64,000 nucleotides of DNA from an uncultured Opitutaceae bacterium (lineage in GTDB: Bacteria; Verrucomicrobiota; Verrucomicrobiia; Opitutales; Opitutaceae), in NCBI GenBank assembly GCA_964414785.1, contig CAYPXZ010000016.1, positions 677 through 64,676 on the forward strand, written 5' to 3'. The notes below the pieces were generated by a model, which had not been told where the DNA came from, made no database searches, and worked only from the letters and a program-made list of their open reading frames with translations. Positions within the stretch are counted from its first letter, which is position 1, and the number at the start of each line of letters is the position of its first letter. Position numbers and translations under genes: made by a program. Positions 46,297 to 55,055 of this stretch are shown here, one piece after another.

Positions 46297-47382
46297 CTAG
46301 TCCTTCACCCGGACCGTGGCGTCGACGCTCATGCCCGGGCGCAGCAGGTGCTCCATGTCGGGGGTCTGGCTGAGGACGATCTTCACCGGCACGCGCTGGG
46401 TCACCTTGACGAAGTTGCCCGTCGAATTGTCGGGCGGAAGGAGCGCGAACCTGGCGCCGGTCGCCCCGGAGAGGGACTCGATCTTCCCGTGAAAGACGAC
46501 GCCCGGGAAGCTGTCGGCCCCGAACTCGACGTCCTGGCCCGCCCTCATGTGCGTGAGCTGGGTCTCCTTGAAATTGGCGATGACCCAGACATCCGACTCG
46601 GCCGTGATGGACAGGAGCGTCTGTCCCGACTGGATGAACTGCCCCGGCTCGACGCTCTTCCTGGACACGAGCCCGCCTATGGGAGCCGTGACGGTGCAGT
46701 AGGAGCGCTGCAGCCGGGCAAAGTCGAGGTCCGAGGCCTTCTCGGCGGCCTCCGTCTGGGCGGCGGCCACGCGGGCGGACGCCACAGCCACCTGAGCGTC
46801 CGCGGTCTTGGACTCGCTCCTGACGGCCTCCAGCTGCGCCGCAGCCGTGTCGGCGGCCGCCTTGGAGTCCGTCAGCTGGCTGTCGGTGATTGCGCCGGTC
46901 TTGAAGAGGTTCGCATCGCGCGCGAGGTCGCCCGCGGCTTTGCGCTGGCGCACGAGCGCGGTCTCAACGTTGGCCTGCGCGGTCACCGTGGAGGCGCGGG
47001 CGCTCGCGAGCGACGCTTCCGCCGTGGCCTTTGCGGCCTGCGCGTTCTGGAGGGCCGCGTTGGCCTCGGCAACCTTCAGGTCGAGCTCCTTCGGGTCGAT
47101 CTCGATCAGCGCCTGGCCCTGTTCCACGCGCTGGTTGTCGACAACCAGGACCTGGGAGACATATCCGGGGACGCGGGGGAGCACCGGGCTAATGTGCCCC
47201 TCGACCTGGGCGTCGTCGGTCTCCTCGTGAGACATCGCGAAATTCCAGCGGGAGATGCCGTAGAGGATGCCCAGGATCGCCACGACGGCGGCGGCTGTGC
47301 CGACCACGGCTTGGCGGGTGACGGCCCCCGACTTGGGCTTCTTCACGGGTTCAGGTGCGGCTTCAGGGAGGGCGGTGGGCAT
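46297..47382 (-). CDS. HlyD-family membrane fusion protein (EmrA-like)
   Basis: 361 aa with an N-terminal TM anchor, a long coiled-coil (AEANAALQNAQAAKATAEASL...) and a beta-barrel C-terminus. Confidence 0.88.
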   Translation of the reverse strand: MPTALPEAAPEPVKKPKSGAVTRQAVVGTAAAVVAILGILYGISRWNFAMSHEETDDAQVEGHISPVLPRVPGYVSQVLVVDNQRVEQGQALIEIDPKELDLKVAEANAALQNAQAAKATAEASLASARASTVTAQANVETALVRQRKAAGDLARDANLFKTGAITDSQLTDSKAAADTAAAQLEAVRSESKTADAQVAVASARVAAAQTEAAEKASDLDFARLQRSYCTVTAPIGGLVSRKSVEPGQFIQSGQTLLSITAESDVWVIANFKETQLTHMRAGQDVEFGADSFPGVVFHGKIESLSGATGARFALLPPDNSTGNFVKVTQRVPVKIVLSQTPDMEHLLRPGMSVDATVRVKD

Positions 47383-47391
47383 GGCGGAAAT

Positions 47392-47415
47392 AGATGATTA
47401 GGCACCTAATCATCT
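47392..47415. promoter_or_regulatory. 11-2-11 perfect inverted repeat AGATGATTAGG-CA-CCTAATCATCT directly upstream of the efflux operon start
   Basis: Read directly. It lies 9 nt from the emrA-like ATG on the coding strand. Confidence 0.45.
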
Positions 47416-47482
47416 GTAATTGCAAGCCCGCCCAGCGAAAAAACCCACGGCCCTTTTAGGTACGCCCTGGGGCTAATCCGGC

Positions 47483-48181
47483 CTAGAAATTATCTAAATA
47501 ATTGATAGGCAATTCAATCCAAGACCCGCGGGGAAGGTTCCCAAGCTCGAGGCTCCCGAATCGGACCCGGTCGAGCTCGACAACCCCGCACCCCTGGCTC
47601 GCGAACATCCGCTTCACCTGGTGGTACCGTCCCTCCACAAGGACGACCTCAGCCCGCCTCTCACCGAGGAGCCGCAGCGGTGCCGGGGCGCAGGGCGCCT
47701 CCTCGCCCGCCAGAAGGAGGGTCCCGCTGGAGAAGATCGCCTCGATGCCGGCCGGGGGGTCCCGGTCGAGCAGCGCACGGTACACCTTGGGCACCTTGTG
47801 CTTCGGCGAGGTCAGGCGGTGCACCAAGCCGCTCCTGTCGGTCAGGAGCAGGAGCCCCGTCGTGTCCTTGTCGAGCCTGCCGACGCTGGTCACGGGCGGA
47901 TTGCGCCTCCTCCAGCGGTGGGGGAGCAGGTCATAGACGCTCGGGCCCTCCGCCGCGTCGTGGGAGCACACCCGGCCCGCCGGCTTGTTCAGGAGAAGGA
48001 GAAGTTCCCCCGGGTGGTCGAGCGGCTCGCCGTCCATCCTAACCTCCTCTGGCTCAACCCGGGCGCCGGGATCGGTGGCCGCGACGCCCCGGACGGTCAC
48101 CCGGCCGTCCTCGACCCATTTGTGCACATCGCGCCGGGAGCCGTAGCCCAGGCTGGCAAGAAGTTGGTCCAGGCGGCGCAT
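47483..48181 (-). CDS. Pseudouridine synthase, RsuA/RluB family (S4 domain + catalytic domain)
   Basis: MRRLDQLLASLGYGSRRDV (S4 domain) and the GRLDKDTTGLLLLT catalytic Asp motif. Confidence 0.88.
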   Translation of the reverse strand: MRRLDQLLASLGYGSRRDVHKWVEDGRVTVRGVAATDPGARVEPEEVRMDGEPLDHPGELLLLLNKPAGRVCSHDAAEGPSVYDLLPHRWRRRNPPVTSVGRLDKDTTGLLLLTDRSGLVHRLTSPKHKVPKVYRALLDRDPPAGIEAIFSSGTLLLAGEEAPCAPAPLRLLGERRAEVVLVEGRYHQVKRMFASQGCGVVELDRVRFGSLELGNLPRGSWIELPINYLDNF

Positions 48182-48309
48182 TGGGTGCCCGATTTGGGCA
48201 TTTTCCCGGGCCCAGATCAACATGCGGCTGGGCAGTTATCTGCGGATTGTCCAAGAATAGACTCGGCATCACGGCCGCCTTTTGGGATGTGTTAAGTTTA
48301 CGACCACTT

Positions 48310-49899
48310 ATGGCAGTCTGGGAATATAAGGTAATCTCGAGCGGCAAGGGGGGCTTCGCAACGCCCGCGCTGCTTGAATCATTTCTGAACCAACTCGGGA
48401 CGGAAGAGTGGGAGATCGTCGAGTTCCGCGGGCAGCCCGACAATCCGCTGGCCTTCTCCGGGCTGGCGCGGCGCCCGACCCAGCGCGACTGGACCCTGGG
48501 CGACGCGGCCGCGGCGGCGGCGAAGGTCGAGGCGGACAAGCTGCGCGTCGAGTTCGAAGCCAAGTTCCGGAGCGCCACGTCGTCGGCCGGCCCGGCCGAG
48601 GCGGCCGAGGCCCCGGTGAGCACCGACAACGAGGGCCTGCGGGAGCAGGACGGCCTGCGGCGCCTGCGCGACACCGAGCGCGATTCCGATCCCGACGCCC
48701 CCGAGGAGGCCCCGGAGGACGACTGGGACAAGCTTGGGACCGAGGACGAGGTGCCGACTTTCTTTGAGGCGATCCGCCCCCACCTTCGCAGGAACCAGCG
48801 CGGCCCGGGCTTCTCGGTGGGGGTCGACTACCTCGCCAAGAAATGGGACATCTCCGAGTCGGAGGTCGTCGGCGCCCTGAAGGAGTGCGGGCTCGACGTT
48901 CCCGAGGACGAGGACGCCAAGGTCACGTACGTGGACTACGACGGGGACCTCTACTGGGTTAACATCAACCGCAGGGGCGAGCTCTGGATCAACACGAAGG
49001 AGAAGTCCCGGCCCATGTTCAGGACCGTGGCGGCCACAAAGGTGGAGACCCCGGAGGAGGAGCAGAAGCAGCCCGAGCCCGAGAGGCGCCAGGAGAAGCA
49101 CCACGAGGAGCGCAAGCACCAGCAGAGGAAGCACGAGGCGGAGCCCGATACGGGCGCGCCCGCGGCCCCACTGCCCGAGGGACCGGCCCTTCTCGACAGG
49201 ATCCGCCCCCTGATGCGCAAGAACCGCCGCGAGGCGGGCGGTGCGGGCAGCATGAGTTTCCTCTCAAGGGCCCTGAAGTGCAGCGAGGCCGCGCTTGTCG
49301 GGGCCTTCACGGCCATGGGCCTGAACGCACAGTCCTCCGCGGGCGACCCGCCGGTCTTCGTGGAGATCGGGGACGAGACCTGGTGGCTCAACACGGACAA
49401 CAGGGGCGGGATCTGGATCAACGCGCGCGCGAGGCGCGGCGACGCGCCAGCGGAGCAGCAGGCCCGGCCCGAGCAGGCCGCGGCGACCCCGGCCCCGGGC
49501 AACGTCTTCGCCGCCGTCAGGCTTCTCCTTAAGGAGACACGGACGGGATCGGTGGCGGCGCCCGTCGAGCGCCTCGCGGGCGAGATCGGCAAGACCGCGG
49601 AGGAGCTGCTTTCCGCCCTCACCTCGTCGGGCCTGAGGGTTCCCGAGAAGGCGCGCGAGAAGCCGGTGTTCGTCGAGCACGCGGGCGAGATCTTCTGGCT
49701 CAACCTCAACGGCAAGGGCGAGCTCTGGCTCAACGCCAAGGCATCGAAGTATTCCGACGGCGACCCTGACGGGGAGCACAAGGGCCGCAGGCCCCGCCCG
49801 AAGAAGAAGTCGGCCGAGACGGAGGGCGGGCCCGAGGCCGCAGCTTCCGAGCCGGCTCCGGAACCGGCGCCCGGGGCGCCGGAAGAGCCCGCCACCTAG
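48310..49899 (+). CDS. DUF4177-like N-terminal domain protein with charged linkers and three ~85-aa repeats
   Basis: MAVWEYKVISSGKGGFATPALLESFLNQLGTEEWEIVEF fits DUF4177. Three modules follow at 48751-49008, 49180-49437 and 49495-49749, each ending in a ...YWLN.N.RGELWINAK motif. Confidence 0.75.
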   Translation: MAVWEYKVISSGKGGFATPALLESFLNQLGTEEWEIVEFRGQPDNPLAFSGLARRPTQRDWTLGDAAAAAAKVEADKLRVEFEAKFRSATSSAGPAEAAEAPVSTDNEGLREQDGLRRLRDTERDSDPDAPEEAPEDDWDKLGTEDEVPTFFEAIRPHLRRNQRGPGFSVGVDYLAKKWDISESEVVGALKECGLDVPEDEDAKVTYVDYDGDLYWVNINRRGELWINTKEKSRPMFRTVAATKVETPEEEQKQPEPERRQEKHHEERKHQQRKHEAEPDTGAPAAPLPEGPALLDRIRPLMRKNRREAGGAGSMSFLSRALKCSEAALVGAFTAMGLNAQSSAGDPPVFVEIGDETWWLNTDNRGGIWINARARRGDAPAEQQARPEQAAATPAPGNVFAAVRLLLKETRTGSVAAPVERLAGEIGKTAEELLSALTSSGLRVPEKAREKPVFVEHAGEIFWLNLNGKGELWLNAKASKYSDGDPDGEHKGRRPRPKKKSAETEGGPEAAASEPAPEPAPGAPEEPAT

Positions 49900-50960
49900 G
49901 CCCGGGCCCTGCGCCTGGCCGCCACCGCGTCCGCAAGCGACGCAATGAGCGGAACCGTCTTTTCCCAGGGCAGGCACGCGTCGGTCACGCTTTGCCCGTG
50001 GACGAGCGGGACCGCGCGGTAGTCCTGGGATCCGCCCGCCAGGTTGCTCTCGATCATGACCGCAGCGACCGTTCGGTCGCCCGCGGAGATGCGCGCGGTG
50101 ATCTCGGCGGCCACGGCCGACTGGCGATCGGCGTCCCCCTTCCAGCTGTTGGCATGGCTCAGGTCGACCATCAGGTGGGGGGGCAGCCCGTTCCTGGCGA
50201 GGAGTTCCGCCGCCAGGGCGACGTCCCCGGAGGAGAAGTTCGGCCCCAGCGTGCCACCCCGGAGGACGAGGTGCGTGTCCTCGTTGCCCGAGGTCTGCAC
50301 GCACGCGGGGGTCCCGTCGTGCGCGAGCGTCGGGAACCAGTGCGGATGGCGGGCGGAGCGGATCGCGTCTACGGCGACCTGGACGTTCCCGTCGGTCCTG
50401 TTCTTGAACCCCACGGGCATCGACAGCCCCGACGCCAGCTCCCTGTGGATCTGGCTCTCCACGGTGCGGGCACCGATGGCGCCCCAGCTGACGAGGTCGG
50501 CGTAGTACTGGCCGAACGTCGTCTCGAGGAATTCGGTCCCCACGGGCAGGCCGAGGGCGCCGATCTCGACCATCAGCCTGCGCGCGACGCGAAGCCCCTT
50601 GTTGATGTCGTAGGTGTCGTTGAGGTCCGGGTCGTTGATCAGGCCCTTCCATCCGACGACCGTCCGCGGCTTCTCGAAATAGACGCGCATCGCGACCAGC
50701 AGCTCGCCCGCGTGGCGCTCGGCCTCGGCGCCAAGGAGCGCGGCGTACTCCATCGCCGCCCCGGGGTCGTGGATGGAGCAGGGCCCCACGAGGACAAGCA
50801 GGCGGTCCTCCCTGCCGGCCATGATGGACGCGATCTCGCCGCGCGAGCGGGAGATCCGCGCCGCCCCGGCGTCATCGAGCGGGAACTCCGCCTCGACCGC
50901 CGCCGGGGCGGGCAGCGACCGGGTCGCGCGGATCCGCAGGTCGGAGGTGGGCTGATGCAT
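49896..50960 (-). CDS. aroG: 3-deoxy-7-phosphoheptulonate (DAHP) synthase, class I
   Basis: 354 aa with LLVLVGPCSIHD, KPRTVVGWKGLINDP, GLSMPVGFKN and a C-terminal block typical of AroF/G/H. Confidence 0.92.
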   Translation of the reverse strand: MHQPTSDLRIRATRSLPAPAAVEAEFPLDDAGAARISRSRGEIASIMAGREDRLLVLVGPCSIHDPGAAMEYAALLGAEAERHAGELLVAMRVYFEKPRTVVGWKGLINDPDLNDTYDINKGLRVARRLMVEIGALGLPVGTEFLETTFGQYYADLVSWGAIGARTVESQIHRELASGLSMPVGFKNRTDGNVQVAVDAIRSARHPHWFPTLAHDGTPACVQTSGNEDTHLVLRGGTLGPNFSSGDVALAAELLARNGLPPHLMVDLSHANSWKGDADRQSAVAAEITARISAGDRTVAAVMIESNLAGGSQDYRAVPLVHGQSVTDACLPWEKTVPLIASLADAVAARRRARA

Positions 50961-50987
50961 TCCGGACGTCCTTGCGGGGCGCCCGGA

Positions 50988-52385
50988 TCAGGCGCCGATC
51001 AGGGATCGGGCCTGGGCGACCGTGGGGTGCCGGCTCAGGAGGACCTCGGAGAGGTTCGGTGCGATCCCTAGCGCGGAGGCCCTCATGCGCAGCGAGACCC
51101 AGGCAAGGGACGAGGCCGGCGGGCTGAACGCGTGCTGGGCCAGGCTGTCGAACACCGGCGAGAGCGGAGCCAGGAGCTCCTTGGTCTGGAGGCCCTTCTC
51201 GACCAGGAAGAGGCCGAGCAGCGCACCCAGGGCGTCGAGCCAGATGGTCGGGTGCTGGGGGGCCGAGTACGGAATCCCGGAGCCCTCGGGGTAGGGGGTC
51301 CACTCCATGAAGGCGCGGATGTACTCGTGGAGCTTCGTCAGCTCCGCGTCGGCGTTGGCGGAGTTCCAGCGGACCGTGAACTGCTTGCGCTCGCGCATCT
51401 TCTTCACCTCCCAGACGCGCATGATGAGCACGAAGTCGGGGCCCTCGCGCTTGAGCGAGCCGGTGAAGATGTAGTCGAGGCCGTCCGAGACCGTCTCCGC
51501 GAGCTTCTTGAGGTTGTCCACCGTCCAGTCCGTGTGGAAGATCGCGGGGCGCTTCGAAGTGGCCCCCTCGTGGATGCAGCCGAGTGCCGCGACCGACGAG
51601 TACAGGGGCGAGAAATAGAACGTCTCCGCGAACCAGACCGGAATGGCGCGTGAGAGGCGGCCGAGCTCGTCCTCGGGGAGCCTCGAGGCGGCGTCGGGAT
51701 CGGGGTAGGCGCCCGGGAGCGAGAGCTGGGCGAACGCGATCCGGCGCATCTTGCCCTCCTTCTTCGGGAGGACGTCCGCCACGGACTCAAGGCCGTAGGC
51801 CCACACGGGCCTGCTGAGCGTGACGAGGGCGACGGAGACCGGGGCGGGTTCCTCCGCGCGGGCCTGCTCGGCCGCCTGGGGCGCGATCGCCGGGGCCCCC
51901 TGCACGACCCCGTGGCTGATCAGCTCGGCGACGGCGTTGGAGAAGCCCATGAGGCGTTCCTCGAGCTCCGGCCGGTTGAGCGAGTAGAGGATGTCGAGGA
52001 CGTGCTGCGCGGCGTCGGCGTCGCGGACGGCGAGGTAGGCCTGGATCAGGTTGATGCCGGTGGCCGGGCCGTGGCGCAGCGCGTCATAGCGCGGGGCCAC
52101 CAGGTCGACGATCTGCGGGATGTGGCCCGTGGAGCCGAGGTCGCCCGAGATCGTCACGAGCACATCGGCGCGGTCGCCGGCGGTGGCGAGCACCTCCTCG
52201 TAGATCGCGAGGGCGCCCTGCAGGTCCTTCTCCTCCAGCTTCTCGCGCGCCGCCAGCAGGCGGGGCGCGACCCCGGAGACCGAGGAGTCAAGTGCGGTCG
52301 CCGGCGCGGCCTCGTGCCCGTTGGACGGGGGCTGCGGGGCCGGCTTGCCGGCAAAGCGGTCGAAGAATCCCATGGAAACGAGCAA
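50988..52385 (-). CDS. Hypothetical protein (no recognised domain)
   Basis: Long ORF with GC-rich third positions. An alternative start is at 52373 (MGFFDRFAG). I recognise no motif. Confidence 0.55.
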   Translation of the reverse strand: MLVSMGFFDRFAGKPAPQPPSNGHEAAPATALDSSVSGVAPRLLAAREKLEEKDLQGALAIYEEVLATAGDRADVLVTISGDLGSTGHIPQIVDLVAPRYDALRHGPATGINLIQAYLAVRDADAAQHVLDILYSLNRPELEERLMGFSNAVAELISHGVVQGAPAIAPQAAEQARAEEPAPVSVALVTLSRPVWAYGLESVADVLPKKEGKMRRIAFAQLSLPGAYPDPDAASRLPEDELGRLSRAIPVWFAETFYFSPLYSSVAALGCIHEGATSKRPAIFHTDWTVDNLKKLAETVSDGLDYIFTGSLKREGPDFVLIMRVWEVKKMRERKQFTVRWNSANADAELTKLHEYIRAFMEWTPYPEGSGIPYSAPQHPTIWLDALGALLGLFLVEKGLQTKELLAPLSPVFDSLAQHAFSPPASSLAWVSLRMRASALGIAPNLSEVLLSRHPTVAQARSLIGA

Positions 52386-52487
52386 AGCGACAGGAACGCC
52401 CGTGGCGAACAGAATTGGAGGGAGGCGCCCCGGGCAATTCCTCGTTTGACCGGCAATTTGTCCCCCTATTACCTAGCCCCCCCGCCC

Positions 52488-53879
52488 ATGAACCGGGTCC
52501 ACATCAAGACCTACGGCTGCCAGATGAACGAACGCGACAGCGAGGCGGTCGCGGCGATGCTTCGCGCCCGCGGCTACCGGATCGTGGGGAGCGAGGACGA
52601 GTGCGACATCCTCCTGCTCAACACCTGCAGCGTCCGCGACGCGGCCGAGCAGAAGGCGATAGGGAAGGCCGGGTACGCGCTGTCCAGGAAGGCGCGCAAC
52701 CCGGACTTCGTCCTGGGGATCCTCGGCTGCATCGCGCAGAACCGGGGGGCGGGGCTCCTCGACAGGCTCCCCGACGTGGACCTGATCGTGGGAACGCAGA
52801 AGTTCCACAGGGTGCCGGACTACCTCGACAACCTCCGGGCGGCCCGCGACTCGGGCATCCCCCTTGCGCAGGCGATCGTCGACACGGCCGAGGAGGCCGG
52901 CTCCCAGAACACGATCCGCGACCACCTGGAGGGGCCCGAGCGCAAGGTGTGCGCCTTCGTGTCGATCCAGCAGGGGTGCAACATGGACTGCTCGTTCTGC
53001 ATCGTCCCGACGACGCGGGGCGACGAGCGATCCCGGCCGATGGACGAGATCGTCCGCGAATGCGAGGAAGTCGTCGCGAACGGCGCCCGCGAGGTGACGC
53101 TCCTCGGGCAGATCGTGACGAGCTACGGCCGGCGCGACTACCCCCACACGGGGGGCGTCACGCCCTTCGTCCAGCTGCTTGAGCGCGTGAACGCCATACC
53201 CGGACTTGAGCGGATCCGGTTCACCTCCCCCCATCCGCGCGGGTTCAGGCAGGACCTGGCGCAGGCCTTCGGGCGCCTTCCGAAGCTCGGCGAGCACGTC
53301 CACCTCCCCGTCCAGTCGGGCAGCGACAGGATCCTGAAGGCGATGCGCCGGCCCTACACCCGGGACCGCTACCTGGAGATCGTCGACTCCCTGCGCGCCG
53401 CGCAGCCCGCCATGGCCTTCTCGACCGACATCATCGTCGGTTTCCCGGGGGAGACCGACGAGGACTTCGAGGACACGCGCAGGCTCTGCGAGATGGTCGA
53501 CTACGACATGGCGTACATCTTCAAGTACTCGGTGCGGACGGGGACGCCCGCCGCCTCGATGCCGGGCCAGGTGCCCGACGAGGTGAGGGAGGAGCGAAAC
53601 CGGGTCCTGCTCGAGGTGCTCGGCAGGGGTTCGCTCAGGCGCAGCCAGGCGCTCGTCGGCACGGTCCAGGAGGTCCTTATCGAGGGGAGCGACAAGACGG
53701 GGGAGCGGTTCATGGGCCGGACCCGCGGCAACCGGGTTACCGTGTTCGAGGCCTCCCCGCGCCTCGTGGGAACCCTGGTGCCGGTCGAGATCACCCGGGC
53801 GAGCGTCAGCACCCTCTACGGCGGGCTCGTCCTCGCGGACGACGGCTTGCAATCGCCGATGGGCGCGGCGTCACTCTGA
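52488..53879 (+). CDS. miaB: tRNA (N6-isopentenyl-A37) methylthiotransferase MiaB
   Basis: MNRVHIKTYGCQMNERDSE (UPF0004 domain), radical-SAM CNMDCSFCIVP and a C-terminal TRAM domain. Confidence 0.92.
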   Translation: MNRVHIKTYGCQMNERDSEAVAAMLRARGYRIVGSEDECDILLLNTCSVRDAAEQKAIGKAGYALSRKARNPDFVLGILGCIAQNRGAGLLDRLPDVDLIVGTQKFHRVPDYLDNLRAARDSGIPLAQAIVDTAEEAGSQNTIRDHLEGPERKVCAFVSIQQGCNMDCSFCIVPTTRGDERSRPMDEIVRECEEVVANGAREVTLLGQIVTSYGRRDYPHTGGVTPFVQLLERVNAIPGLERIRFTSPHPRGFRQDLAQAFGRLPKLGEHVHLPVQSGSDRILKAMRRPYTRDRYLEIVDSLRAAQPAMAFSTDIIVGFPGETDEDFEDTRRLCEMVDYDMAYIFKYSVRTGTPAASMPGQVPDEVREERNRVLLEVLGRGSLRRSQALVGTVQEVLIEGSDKTGERFMGRTRGNRVTVFEASPRLVGTLVPVEITRASVSTLYGGLVLADDGLQSPMGAASL

Positions 53880-53892
53880 GCCTGATCGACCC

Positions 53893-54435
53893 ATGTCGCT
53901 GTTCTCCGCCTCACTCCTCCCCGGCCTCGTCCTGACCCTCGTCGGGGTGCTTCTCCTTATGGACGTCGCGGGGTTCAAGTCCGCGGTCAGGGCGTTCCCG
54001 CGCTCGGCCACCGCGGGCTACCTCGTCTTCGGCGCAGCCGCGGCGTGGTTCCTCTACAACATCCTCCACCTCTCCAACGCCGACTTCGGCGAGTACCGGA
54101 CCCTCCTGTTCGTGGGCTTCGCGGCCGTGGCCGTCCTCGCCTACAAGTGCGTCCCCGACTTCCTCGGCGTGCGCGGGGCGAGCGCCCTTGTCCTGATCGG
54201 GGCGGCGCCGTTCCTGAGGGCGGCGTACATGGAGTACGCCCACCCGGCCCGCCTCTTCATGGTCTCGTTTGTCTACGTGGCCATCGCGATCGCGATCTGG
54301 CTCGGGGCCCAGCCGTGGAGGCTGCGCGACTTCCTCAACTGGCTCTTCGCGAGGCCCGCGAGGTCGAGGGGCCTCGGCGGGCTCCTCTTCGCCTACGGCC
54401 TCCTCCTTTGCGGGGCGGCCTTCGCGCTCCGATGA
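53893..54435 (+). CDS. Hypothetical integral membrane protein
   Basis: 180 aa with five or six hydrophobic segments. It overlaps the gmk start by 4 nt. Confidence 0.55.
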   Translation: MSLFSASLLPGLVLTLVGVLLLMDVAGFKSAVRAFPRSATAGYLVFGAAAAWFLYNILHLSNADFGEYRTLLFVGFAAVAVLAYKCVPDFLGVRGASALVLIGAAPFLRAAYMEYAHPARLFMVSFVYVAIAIAIWLGAQPWRLRDFLNWLFARPARSRGLGGLLFAYGLLLCGAAFALR

Positions 54436-55055
54436 CCCCGGACACCGACCCGCGGCCCGGCGCAGGGGACCCGATCCTGCTCGTCATCGCCGGCCCGGCC
54501 GGATCGGGCAAGAGCACGCTGTGCGACCGGCTTGTCGCGGCGAACCGGGGATTCTCGCGAGTCGTGACGAGCACGACCCGGGCCCCGAGGGACGGCGAGG
54601 CGGACGGGGTCCACTACCACTTCTTCACGCCCGAGCAGTTCGACGAGCGCGTCGCGGCGGGGGAGTTCCTCGAGTGGGCGTGGGTCCATGGGGAGAGGCG
54701 CTACGGGACGCTGGCGGCCAGCGTCCTCGGGCCCCTCCTCCTCGGGAAGAGCCTCGTGCTGAGCATCGACGTCCAGGGCGTCGAGAGCTTCCGCCGGCTG
54801 GCGGCGGAGAACCCATTCCTCAAGCGCGCCATGGTCACCGTGTTCATCGTGGTCGACCACGAGCGCCTGCTTTCGCGCATGCGCGGCCGGGGCAAGGACG
54901 ACGAGGCGGAGATCGCGCGCAGGATGGCGACCGCGAAGGCGGAGCTGCGGGAGGCGGCGAAGTTCGACCACGTGATCGAGAGCAAGACCCGCGAGGAGGA
55001 CTTCGCGGCGCTCCTCGCCATCCTGGCCAAGGTCAGGGGGCGTCCTGCGGCCTAG
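54432..55055 (+). CDS. gmk: Guanylate kinase
   Basis: P-loop GPAGSGKSTL, TTRAPRDGEADGVHYHF and EWAWVHGERYGT. Confidence 0.9.
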   Translation: MTPDTDPRPGAGDPILLVIAGPAGSGKSTLCDRLVAANRGFSRVVTSTTRAPRDGEADGVHYHFFTPEQFDERVAAGEFLEWAWVHGERRYGTLAASVLGPLLLGKSLVLSIDVQGVESFRRLAAENPFLKRAMVTVFIVVDHERLLSRMRGRGKDDEAEIARRMATAKAELREAAKFDHVIESKTREEDFAALLAILAKVRGRPAA

